From the NCBI GenBank assembly GCA_048013815.1, contig CM106585.1, forward strand, positions 21,948,001-22,012,000: DNA of 64,000 nt, given 5' to 3'. The DNA is from Setoptus koraiensis (lineage: Eukaryota; Animalia; Arthropoda). This document shows positions 14,701-23,700 of this stretch, piece by piece. The notes beneath the pieces are model-generated. The model had not been told where the DNA came from. It worked only from the letters and a program-made list of their open reading frames with translations, and searched no databases. The position numbers and the translations under genes are program-made. Position 1 is the first letter of the stretch; every line of letters begins with the position of its first letter.

Positions 14701-15093
14701 TCGTCGTCGTCATCGTCGTCGTCGCCATCGTCGTCGTCGTCTGCCTGTAACGGTGTTGCACCAAATCATCACAAGCCAGTAATTAACGGCAGCAACAAAA
14801 CACCGATCGGCGACAGTCAACACAACAACAGCAAACAGCAGCAGCAGCACCAACAACAACAGCAACAACAACAACAACAGCAGCAGATATCCATGGACGA
14901 GGGCCTCAATTTGAAGGGATTGGACGAGCGATTGTCGAACGCTCACGGGCAGCCGCTGGCCTCTAGCAGCGACTCGTTGCTCAACACGCTGGAATTGGGC
15001 GTCGCGACGGGTGGCAAGACGGCGCAAAGCTCCAAAAGATTTATGAGTCGCAATTATGGCGGGCCCGCCTCGTCGTCGTCGTCGCGAAGATGA
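5767..15093 (+). CDS. Very large CABIT-domain signalling adaptor (GAREM/Serrano/Themis-related arthropod family) with poly-Q/N/S/T tracts
   Basis: Uninterrupted 9.3-kb ORF; the track starts at TTG 5758 and the first ATG is at 5767. Blocks recalled from arthropod CABIT proteins: KFERLARLEG, LAIPDTYPGWFEILSE, CLVRE, LQPGDIITM...RYLKC, KRLPLTVRLVH, DEIDQIYDYVRGFAPLP. AATAAA at 15640. Upstream exons are possible. Confidence 0.75.
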   Translation: MVANKTAGSVALGPLYNERKCSQSTETNLDATDSPVGAGGDSKYRNSNLHNYIMAKATVPAADSTRRHAHMAHMSKQQQQDDGKLNCFKWSEKSHKFERLARLEGANVMRDYTDRRSLSQDSSVRESLPLRPVASQDNLLSMRSSDAVQSWASTQRKHDTQSQQNGHLNKRRLPCLGQLVRGCLVAQPPTQPTSAQQAAHLAHQHQPTTTTSDTSKLKQQQVIIGLNKPIFCTKFNQTATTISTITTTTTISQTTASATSTTGGATATAALATASGKTSQFVIGRCIKFPQQPDYLHCSSRANSHALYDSSQPTHQQQQHHHQQQHQRHQPQHQQQQQQQPQQLHRPVLTIQGDRILMQHFDKQVPVTWNSLATTQQPKRDPATAAAPTKPTLFGPHLAIPDTYPGWFEILSEQGQSTKCIDSLQELIKLSPHMCLVRESFQAHLGIELMVPVNNQNSGPSSAGADNSQQQQQQPQSTDTMRSVPISDTSTGTSRSLTTQYNQADNQGTKLKRMLKISDQLVMLQPGDIITMCRPAPRLLERARQLHDQLKQATTLSCQNSLTKLLHCLYEEHACVNRRAMNANQQQAATNSNVAPTSDSKPVDGAHKCRAQIVDQNRYLKCWSLTTGQYLLISLMTTPPNGTKQQQQQQQQQQQQQQFRVLLAPQTIRLSVIAKPDHISGVHTMKNLLTKRLPLTVRLVHSSKWPALSEFSPTPPPPASNNNNNNNSSPVNSCKQPFEIRLMSIVDDSDTVAILPITARHLMSPATSSASLPPIVVCNLKSLSPLRLVIGENHCCQQQQSPTTTTTTTTTTTTALDRLQVNSSSSSDKGSGKKLSSLSPSSSSSLGSSLKSGANSTNSSHHHQQQQQQQQQQQQQQQRLQQSRSSSVSSSSRLSSSQSRCRPLNTPDSSAGSAACSSSSAASSQLSSSLSPRSSPSSATNKQQGPNSDTKTTHIRASKADKTAAEQQMAPSAAAPNSDKKKGRPLGREQSITALSSASSGTGTSSERSAKAATLKQQLSSPHLNAGQQTTETTAPDTLDEALELLQTLVDDQQDRIQLFAYGFSAAQSTSSIGSKQQTARSQLTDSKLAKKQQTGSCSGQYQQQQQQQAAIVLASQSNQVPLQTDSKIVINDNNARDNTLLQAMIDYCSSPVIINTNVDNDAILSTDDDDDDDADDSDSVVTDNNVKRFSSNGQLILMQSTVQQASNNNNNNNHNNNVTTSDKSNSGSKFNNFFKKNYFSSSSTSNLLHHNCNSNNNNNNSTTTATAQSNQTSGANSSGNSVKQSLSKLHNLVSSKLSHNNNNQQQFMVTSRQQQQQQHCSKTTATNQALANGNNNNRAHNRVSMTDCQQQQVVLANNRPYVRAYYDEIDQIYDYVRGFAPLPSQLRKIKSIDFELLEQRANQQKQKQQQQQQQQQQHMDNASSAACDRGHLATATNVNGSKHRQQSVQNMTASQHSNNSNNNGPLMVRMNQKNQVQPTLHKAYFLEQAIVAPLNCLTSVSTSSANLKQQHQQPEMSKPPTAAMKQQSLSRDSNHSHRPRQQVPTHVDDAVRVPPSTTTTATATTTTTSRPLSTASLSKSAVQVDKSTKQQRSLSTAVNGKSNETVTAGHRNGAMHRLAASLERQPEAYETASKKQQLSQINVSTANSRPIKSMTSNNQSNNNNNNNSEKLHLKTADKMNLNGVRSNGDAIEDFVCDNVSVMSTGSSGDTTNETSSASSSDDDDANSLSDELDEEDEDEEEEDEEVEKSDSSIDPLDATNNRLLVGSKKHPALISGSKTADNKQPMASGGAKVRRTREQCAELDHLSATTTSSMRHFDDEATSVDSSSTSSIDRSYASDGAMCVKSSKQSINNKKQMTVDSEQQQHVVHHQLIETSCSSSSSDILLSNNDYDFKVQQASATTPSKQQQQQQQQSPDQDHEEHIYEQIPIMMSPSPAPLLALAADGGQKLFNRAVKQPAGNVMDDYDNEMHLHQHQQQQQQQQQRQQQQQQQQKSSRSHAQLSGATATTAPSTTGPELLLRHQQQQHAAVASGNNNNGRDYPIVQRQPHQQQQQQQQLQQHFGQHHAQQQQQQQLPPRRRLHGIRALDGCNVNVNVAAAANGASRPPMAPMSHHHQQAKQYHLSNGQAVVMHPLTERQIKASASIRQHQLGYVTAPEIRHNHRQQHHLIAQRPVTQNMAQNMMLHNSKHQPNVMSRSSSTSKMHRLHKLIPAVLTSNTDGQQQPTGEQAHMQMWPLRVSLQHSAPYERQSVHHLHTLTSQTVDHHPSQAVLSSSSSAAHLDNRRHHHQQQQPVTTGATTQSADQPNYKPHQQMMQARARPLSFAAPSWPLNLIAPNNDATVNTTSSSKSATSQQRQQQQPINTKSTNMQSSFDPIMPSHGQNKRPLSHQRQLNNLEQQQVVRVEQGARLRPELVLSNVKNLLLSNKENNNYRHVDAIHHIDDDDNDMDDDDVDNDDDDDDDEPSMMIDRNDDDADSGDGSNFVSSRSFIKCYYGQQSSSHEPANNKRWQKSAADNQSNTNQQDNGDIRPETSATSASYKPRMSASGDNSNKQVKSQQQQQSASGKSRIFTSPLAALFVQQNRAASVSSGATGSGVADCGAAALSLKQPAAQQQLQQDQQATSVFEAPVLLSGLLHRDGPHQHDINRASRQAQTARQQQQHLVTSGKSPRMQQHSSGVHNDNKHHHHAHKQVAHFEYPTIQVVSMDGKLTTNSADQRQMSKHANETGSNRSSNRTQHDDVGDLLMTDNNNTNRSTNSTNTSTSTSSYGAAIRNGSTSGADVATGRYRRSPMSSSSNCAITNSSSSNPDKRQQRGHVMMRRPLPKLPTDDTVVTASSADLLTSYTTGKSGAGKLAGGATSKPVAASDKLLKHPKRPAQAIGIGANDESSSFIDGHSACGSMLSGGNHNNNNNSNNSNNSNNNNNSNNRLSNNLLSGHRFKSLSDLYHKQQRKQQQQQQEAQFRHRHRGFSKSQSSISSSSSSSSSSSSPSSSSSACNGVAPNHHKPVINGSNKTPIGDSQHNNSKQQQQHQQQQQQQQQQQQISMDEGLNLKGLDERLSNAHGQPLASSSDSLLNTLELGVATGGKTAQSSKRFMSRNYGGPASSSSSRR

Positions 15094-15095
15094 TT

Positions 15096-15200
15096 GCACA
15101 GATGGCGCAGATCGCGCAAACGGCACAGATGGCGCAGATCGCAACGATCGCAACGATCGCAAAGATCGCACAGATCGCCAAGATCGCACAGATTACACAG
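15096..15200. repeat. 9-bp tandem repeat (GCACAGATC-like) directly after the CABIT stop codon
   Basis: About 11 degenerate 9-nt units seen directly. Confidence 0.85.
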
Positions 15201-16346
15201 ACGCAGCAATGTGATAATGGTGTGAGATAATCCAACGACAGCAACAAGTGCCAGCCAGACGATTAGAATGATCGATGACTTTTGTCTCGGCTGCTCGTCC
15301 CCCTGGCGGACTTGCAACTGGCCAACTTGCCAACTTGCAAGTGCCCCTGAAAATGCCCCGTTTGCGAGCGCCCCATTTACCCGATTGGCCCGCACCGAGG
15401 GAACCAAACGAATACAGGACCCGTCAGCCAGAGTAGCCAGCTCTTTACACGCTGCATGGCCTCTATACGGCCGTATCGCTACATGGCCGGTATCGCCATA
15501 AAAGAGATGACGTGGTCGCGACTCGCGATGATTTCATCTGTTTATCCTTGATTTGCATACACTCATTCAGTTCAGCTGTGGCCGTGGTCGTTATTCACCT
15601 GTATTTATACTTGTGCTGCTACCTGGACACTATTTAAGTAATAAAATAAACAAATCTAGTTAGTGTGAACTAGTGAGAATTCCCACGCTCATATGCATAA
15701 TTACATCGGCTTGCATCGGGTTTTTATCTTGGCGCGTTTATCTTGGCGCGTCAGTGCGTGTGTTGGCACACAAATACTGAATGAACGATGATGTGAGGCC
15801 GCTCACAATTAAATTTCGTTTCTGGCTCTGAAAATTCAGAGGCAGCCACGGCGACAATTGTCATCGTGTTGCTAATAGTAATTACATCATCACAGTATAC
15901 AGATTATACGAGTTTTGCCAAGTTTTGTTCAGGTTTTTTTCTGAGACAATTGGCGCTGTTTTAGTTAGCGAGAAGCTGGCTAAAACAGTAATAGCGCTAA
16001 TAGCGAGTAGGCGATTGCGTCATAGGACCATTGCGTCCAGTTTACATGCAAGTTAACATATCTCGTCGTGGCATTGGCATATTTATATGTATTTGGCATA
16101 CAAATATATGTGTGTGTATATTCAAACAATAGTTGCGTCATGTTGTTAGTTTATATTAACACAATGGGCCGCATTAATACGCAAGTGCAAGATGGAAAAA
16201 CGAGATAAGAGCGCCAAGAGAGAGAGACAACGAAATGGCTGCGAGAACAAGACAAAAGAGCCGGCTAAAATATGTGAGAATTGCTAGTTAGCCAGGTCAT
16301 TTGTATTCTCTCTAGCTCTCTCATTTGCTTTTGTTCTAATCTTGCC

Positions 16347-16408
16347 CTAATGCCACATCTCGCGCTAATGCCACATCTCGCGCTAATGCCACATCTCGCG
16401 CTAATGCC
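16347..16408. repeat. 18-bp tandem repeat (CTAATGCCACATCTCGCG), 3+ copies
   Basis: Exact tandem copies seen directly. Confidence 0.9.
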
Positions 16409-19400
16409 CACAACTGCCCATTAGCAGCGCCAAACGCAACAGGTGCATCATGAGCCAGCAACAAGTTGGCCGGCGTTGTTTGCCGCCGTCAGGTTGCTAT
16501 GAGCTTGCCATCGTCAGCTGACCGGCCAACATCATGATGACATCATTATGCGTTGGCCGTGATAATAATAATAATAATTTGCACGCTCTTTCACGCAAAA
16601 CTTGCGCCAGTTAGATAATACTAGTCAGATGATTCATTATTTCGTTAATATGCGCGCTGTCCGTTGTTTCTGTCCGTTGTTTCTATCCGTTTCTATCCGT
16701 TTCTATCCGTTTCTATCCGTTTCTATCTGTTTCTATCTGTTGCGTTTTGGTTGCACTGTGTCGTGTCGTCCATCGTGCATTCTGTCGGATATTTTCTATA
16801 TTTTGGTTTCGGTGGTTATATTTGGCAACATTGGGCACTCTTGTCGATGTCGTGCCCGTCCAATGCTCGCCACTGGCCGCCGATGCAACCACCAATCGCC
16901 AGTCCGAGTTGCTGGTTGCCGGCCAACTGCGTGCCGACCAAATCAGCTTGCACTCGCAATTGAACGCCCGCTTAATATCGCTTAATTTTGGCCGAGCTCG
17001 AGCGCATGGGTGCCAAAAGTATCAAAGCGAGTTGATACAACTCTCACATACACACTGCCCAGGCCAACAGTTGTAATCGCTACTCTTCGGCCCAAACTGA
17101 CCACCGCTGAACAAGACGATAAAGAGCGCAAGATAAATGACCTCGGCTCACAGCAGCAACCCGACACTGCAAACGTCTGGCCACTGTCCACTGTGGCCAG
17201 AGCGCGCAAACAAACCAAAAATTAGGCCGAAATGTTTGTCGAGCCGCTCTGTGCCAATTCTGCTCTCTATCTCTCTGTTTTATTTCGTGTGTGTGTGTGT
17301 GTGCGCCAGACGAGCATCATCATCATTATGCAACGAGGCATCTTTTATCTCTTATTAATGGTGACTACAAAACGGTGACTCTATCAACTTTTTGTATTCA
17401 ACGTTTATCAATAATCAACCAGGCCCAAACGAGATAAACGGCGCCGGCGAGCCATGAGAATTTCTCTTGCTGCGTCTCGTTTTTGTTTCTGTGTGTTTGA
17501 GTTTGAGTTATGAGAATGAATCATCATAATTGCATCATCATCATCATGCCGTCGTAACTCACAATTGAGAAATGTCAGATGAATCATCTCTGACATTTGT
17601 GACATTGCCACTCAGCTGTGTAGGTGTGTGTGTGTGTGTGCGGATAATAACGGGGTCGATCAGTTGGCTAACTGGCCGTCACAATATCGCAATATCAGCA
17701 GCAGTGGTCAGTGCAGCAGTGGTCAGCGTGACAGTGGTCAGCAGAGGCTGCCAATATCAATTATCGTGTCACAGTGTGTTGTTTATCACACACACACGCA
17801 CACACTGACACATAAACGGCGTGTGAGTTTGTGACAGTTAGTCGCTTGAGCCTCGAAAAGAATGAGTTACACTCTCACATTATGTGTTATGTAACTGCAT
17901 CACTGACAATGCATGACAAACCATGAGTCGCAATGATTGAGAGCACCATCGACGGCCATAATCAGCTGCACAACCTTATCGTGTGGGCAATATTGACAGT
18001 TGCCGGCTGCCAACAATGCGCTCGATGGGGCCAACAATTGATAATAATCCATTCGTTTGGTCACAGTTCGTGGCGGCAATCGAGTGGCCAGTTCAGTGGC
18101 GAGCTAGTATCAATATATCAAGTGTGCCCATATGGCGGCCATGTGTTCACAATGCGCCACAATTGCGTCAGTCGGGCCCGATTGTCAGTCAGACTGACAA
18201 TTGTCAGCTGTTTTCATGGCAACCACAAGTGTAAATGTGCAATTTAAATGGCCACCGACAAGTGTCAGCGCTCACTGTTGCTGGTACCAAGCTGGTGCAA
18301 GGCCAACCTGACAGCGCGCCACCAACAGAGCAAACAATGCCGGACAATGGCAACAAAGTTTGCATCGCATCAGTTTGCACCGCATCAGTTTGCACCGCAT
18401 CAGTTTGCATCGCAAGAGCAATTGCGTCAGAAGTAGAGCAAAACGCTCGGCGTTGGCCGGTATTTGCTGCCGATATTTGTGCCCTGTCAACGGGCACAGC
18501 GCTGCCACTAACGCCGGCACAATAGCCGATTGTCGCAATTGAATTGTGTGCCCGATCGGCGATCGCACTCATACAAACCCAATTTATATGTGCCCCCACA
18601 TGCGGCACTCGCATGCGAGACATGCCATTGGTTGTCTTGGCAACCCGACAGCTATATACCCTGACAACCCGATAACCGCATACCCTGACAACCTGACAAC
18701 CGCATACCCGACGACCTGGCACATGGCTGGCGACAGGCATCGCTGATGGAGACGGGAGATGGGAGACGGGAGATAGAGAGTGTGTAATACAGACTGTGTG
18801 TCATATTGCTCGGCCAATTGAGCAACAGGATGAGCCGGTCGTCGCCGGCTGTGCCTGTCTAATAGACAGTGTCTATCTCTGTGCAACAATCTCTGTGCAG
18901 CCGGGCAACCTGTTGATTCGTGACACCATGCGAACAAATCTTCACCTGTCGCCAGCATGTGCAAATCACTGCATTTGCAGCAAATGTGTGCAAAGTAGCT
19001 GCTTTTTGTGTGCTCGCCAACCACCGAAAGTAAATCTCTCTGTCCAGGCGCATTTTGCAAAATAGTTGCGTCGTTTTATCGCGCCCTAATCCTATTATAA
19101 ATCGTATTATTGTATGTTGTGCACATGACACTGTTATATTATGCATGCATTACGTAACTTGTGTTTGATATATTGTTTGATGTATAATGTGCGATATGTT
19201 GTACGATATGCTGTGCGATGTGTTGTGCGATGTGTTGTGCCGTGATTTATTGTGTGCAAATTGCGTATTGCGCGCACTGGTGGACGAAGGGCAACGGTAC
19301 ACGGCCAAGGTGAGAGTCGGATGACAAAGCGAAGAGGAAAACGAGACGCAATCGACGATCACAGAGTGAGCAGTCGAGCCAGTTTGTCCTGTTCCAATTG

Positions 19401-20656
19401 ATCGCTGGGCATTTTTGGTTTTGTCTCGCTGGCTGGCAACCTTGGTCGCGTTCGTTTGTCCTTCATCTTTTCATGCTCGCTTGCCGAGATTGTGCGATTG
19501 TTGTTGTTTTATGCGCATCAATTGAAGACGATTCTCACTCTGTCGCTATGCCTGTATCAATCACTGTATCAATCGCTGTATCAATCACTGTACCAATGGC
19601 TTGCGTTCGCAGTCTCTCTCTCTCTGTCTCGGCCGGCTCGTTCGTTCGGCTCGCCGGCCGTCGGCTCGTTCGTTCGGCTCGCTCGGCCGCTCGCCAACTG
19701 ATTGGCGCTGGAATGGGCAGCAGCAGAATCGAGCTGGCCAAGTTCACCTGTTGCATTGTGTTGCATTGTGTTGCATTGTGTTGCGCTGGGTTGCGCTGGG
19801 TTGCGCTGAGTTGCGTTGAGTCGCGCTGAATCGCGTCCAGTTGCGCTGTGTGTAGCATCAATTACAAACAATTAAATGGAGCGGGCAACACAAATTCGCC
19901 TTATAATAACTAATTGCATTTTTTATCTATCCTCCGTTCGGCTCGCTCGATGCCTGTTACCTGTGCTGCCAGACGGCGAATTGATTTTGATTTGACTCAA
20001 AGTCAAATTGCCAGCCGACCTGCGTAAGTTACCTGTTGCAAGTTGCAACTTGTGAGAGTTGTAACTGAGAGTTGTAACTTACAACTTAGAAGTTCTAAGT
20101 TACAACTCTAAGAGTGTGTGTGTCGTGATTTCGCCTATTGTCGTGTCGTAGCCGCGCGATGATGCTCTCGCTCGCTGTCCATACTACATGTTACGTATTA
20201 CATATTACGTATTACACATTATATATTATCCGTATTATTTATTATCGAATGCGCTGGCCGGCGTCGCACACTGCCTGTCCATTGGATAGCGAGCGACTAT
20301 CGATCATTGCCTATGCACAAATCGCAACAGTCGCCGCCAATGAACTCTGTCAGCCAGCCAGCCAAACGAACGAACGAACCAGCATTCTCTTTGCTGGGCC
20401 GCCAAGAACAATCGATGAGCGTTCGCCTACCTGTTGTCGTTGTTGTTGTTGTTGTTGCTGTTGTTGTTACTGCTGCCTAGTATTGCTGTTGGCTGGTGTT
20501 GCTGTTGGCTGGTGTTGCTGTTGCCCAATGTTGTTGCTGCTGGCCGGTGTTGCCGTTGTTTGCATTGGCAGCGCAATGTCAGAGAGGGTTGCATCAATTG
20601 GAATCAATTCGCATTCGAATCCGAATCCGACCATCTGATTGCAACGCGAACAAACG

Positions 20657-20705
<49 letters not shown>

Positions 20706-23700
20706 TTATATTATTGTTCCAAGTTGAAACTCGCCAATTAACCACTGCGAGCTGGCAATTGTGCGACTTTCAAGTTGCCTCAAGTCACTCCAATGGCAAC
20801 GGCAACTGGCAACTCTGACACCTGTTACCAACTGTTAGCAACCTGTGCAAGTTGAGCTGTTGTGGTGCTAAGCTAGGCGATAATGGTTGCCATGGCTACG
20901 TTACAACAACAGTTGACACGACGATGAGCGGCCACATTTGGCGCTTGCTATTCATTTAGCGCCAGCAGCAACAACAACAACAGCAACAACGACAACAACA
21001 ACAGCAACAACAACAACAACAACAACAACAGCAACAACAACAACAACAACAGCAACAACAAGCGCACCTACTGTTGCGAATGCCGTAAACACGTGAACAC
21101 ACTCACTTGTCAGACGGTTTTATCCAGACAAGAAACGTAACCGCTCAATCGGGCACGACTTATAACGGTCCAAGGTGACACACGAGCACGAGCACGCACA
21201 CGAGCACGCACATGTGCTGCACATACAGTGTCCGCGAACTGTGCAAACAGATACAGGATATTCACGGGTGAATATCACGAGCCTACACAATACCAACTGA
21301 CCTGACTCACAAGCCGATTCTCCATTTGCAACCCATTGATTGGCCAGTTTCGAGGGCGATTCCGATGAAACGGCCAACTGAACCGTGGGCACGTATCAAT
21401 CTCTACTCACCAGTTGTTGTTGTTGTAGTTGTTGCTGGTGTTGTTGTTGTAGCTGATGTTGTTGTTGTAGCTGATGTTGTTGTCGTTGTCGCTAGCGGGT
21501 TGCTGAGATTTTCTCTGACAATTGTGAGTCATCTCTCAAATGGAGAGTGTCAATCATCGGGGCACTCATTTGAATCACCAGCCGAATTGACGTAACTATA
21601 AGTTATAACCGCACTAACAAGCTCGTGAGCAGCAACCTTTATCAACAACAAATAAATGCCCACATCAAAATCGAGAATCATCCCTAATCGGCGTCATTAG
21701 CGTTCAAATTGGCCCAAAGTGGCCGCCAAGGCCCCTTTCATAGCCGATTTAATGGGCTGTAAATGTCAGCAACAATCGGTTGCCTGCTTTCGCAAAACAA
21801 CTCATTTGCTTCTCTTTGCGTTTTTCGCGTTTTTTGATCACACAAAAATAATCACATTTCGCCAAGATTCACCCAAAGCGCACATTTCGTCTAGATAATG
21901 GATTGTACAAATGCAAACTTTATCAAAATTGTCGCCAAATGTGGCCATTGTGTGTCGCTCTTGTTTTTTTTTGTCGAGAATCAGAATGTCAGTTGAATGT
22001 GGTTCTTTTGCTGAAACTTTATCCAAACGGTTTTCCTGATTTATGCACCATTTTCGCCAATTTTCAGCCTCTCTCCGACGATAGAAAATACTGCTCGCTC
22101 ACGTCTGAATTGAACACGAGAGTTTCCTTGTAATGGAAAGAAGAGAAATAAATTTTTGTTCGAGCACGAATGGCAGTCGATTGGCACGGGTGTAGCAATT
22201 ATGAGCAGGCGAGCTGTCGTTGGCTCCGAAGCGTCATTTGTGACTCACGAATTGTGAGCCAGCCAGCGCCGATTCGGACTCAATGAAACTCAATGAAACT
22301 GGCTCAAAGTGATCAATGCGAAGGCCTCTTAATTTTGTGATGATTGATTCATATTTGCAATTTGAATATTTGGTACTGTACAGATAACTGATACTGATCG
22401 CTTGGTGATCGAGTGATCGCGACTGCAAGTGAGTAAGTGTACCTAAGGGTATAGTGTGTCGCTTGTAAGTGGATAGGTGGCTTGAGTTTAACTGATAGCT
22501 AATCCAGTGTCTTACGTGTCTAATTGGCTCGAGTGTCTAACTCGACAATGATAGATGATCGATCATTGATATGTCATTGATTATAGATTGTTTATTAGCA
22601 AATTGAATTAACCATTGAACGCTACAATTGAACGCTACGTGCCGCTCGACCGAGCGTCCAATCATTGTCTCACAACCTTGTCACTGTTGCTTGTGTGTTT
22701 ACCTGGTTGCCCGTTACATCAGCTGACTGTTGTTTACAGTTATTGCTGACATTTGCCCGCTCGTTACCTGTGCCAGCAAATGTCAGCAACAGATGTTTGC
22801 ACGGCTGTTTGGTGTGCTGACACCTTGCGTCGAAGCTACTCAACAGGCACCTTTTGCTAATAGCTTGTGGGTATAATGATAACAGCTGACCTGTTGAGCT
22901 CACCTGGACAACACGGCCACAACAGACACAGCTCAATTGCGCCGATGCATATCGCACAAACACAACCGATGATTCAACAGCAAGCGAGCTGTACTAAATA
23001 CTATAAATATCAATGCAAACACTGGACCGTTACGCAATTGTATTCAATACTATTCAATACTATTGAGGCAGGGCTGACTTATTGGCGCTAATAAGTAAAT
23101 AAGCACTAATAGTAATAAGTAGCAAGTACAATCTCGGCCTGGCATTTGCGGCGGGCTCTCGTTGCGTTGCCGTTGCGTTGCATCATGCAAACGCATTTTA
23201 CCAGGTAACTGTCATCTTGGTGCTGGTTATGCAACAGGCAGCGACAGGCAGCGACTATCGGCGACTATCGGCGACTATCGGCGACAATCGGCGACAAGAC
23301 GCAACAAGATGCGATGGCCGACAGGTTGCCGCAAACGACGAGGAGGCAAGAAGGAAATGGAACAATTCCCAATGTCTCAGATATCTGGCACAAGTCGGCT
23401 GAAAATCTCTTGCGAATCGCACCGAGATATGGCAGCAGAATGCAGATAACATGATGACACATACACAGTACACAGTGTATAGGCGCAGATAGCAGAGATA
23501 TGTGAGAGGTGTCAATCATTGTGATGCCATTTCCCAATGTCTGGCTGGCTTTTTTGCCCAGCGGTTTGACTGGGCCGCAGACAGGTGAATATTGTTGTGT
23601 TTGTTGTGTTTGCTGTGGCCACCACCCAAGCGCCATAAAAACTGCTCGTCGGCAATATTTACGATGTGACACGATTAACAAATCGCTGCAAATCTCCGAC

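Noticed and set aside
15673-15687. GTGAGAA-TTCCCACG as a Su(H) paired site
   Set aside because: The two half-sites abut with no spacer, whereas paired sites need about 15-17 bp. It also lies 3' of the gene.
23314-23454. 46-aa ORF containing LRIAPRYGSR, resembling an RYamide precursor
   Set aside because: No signal peptide, no basic residue directly after Gly and no splice support.
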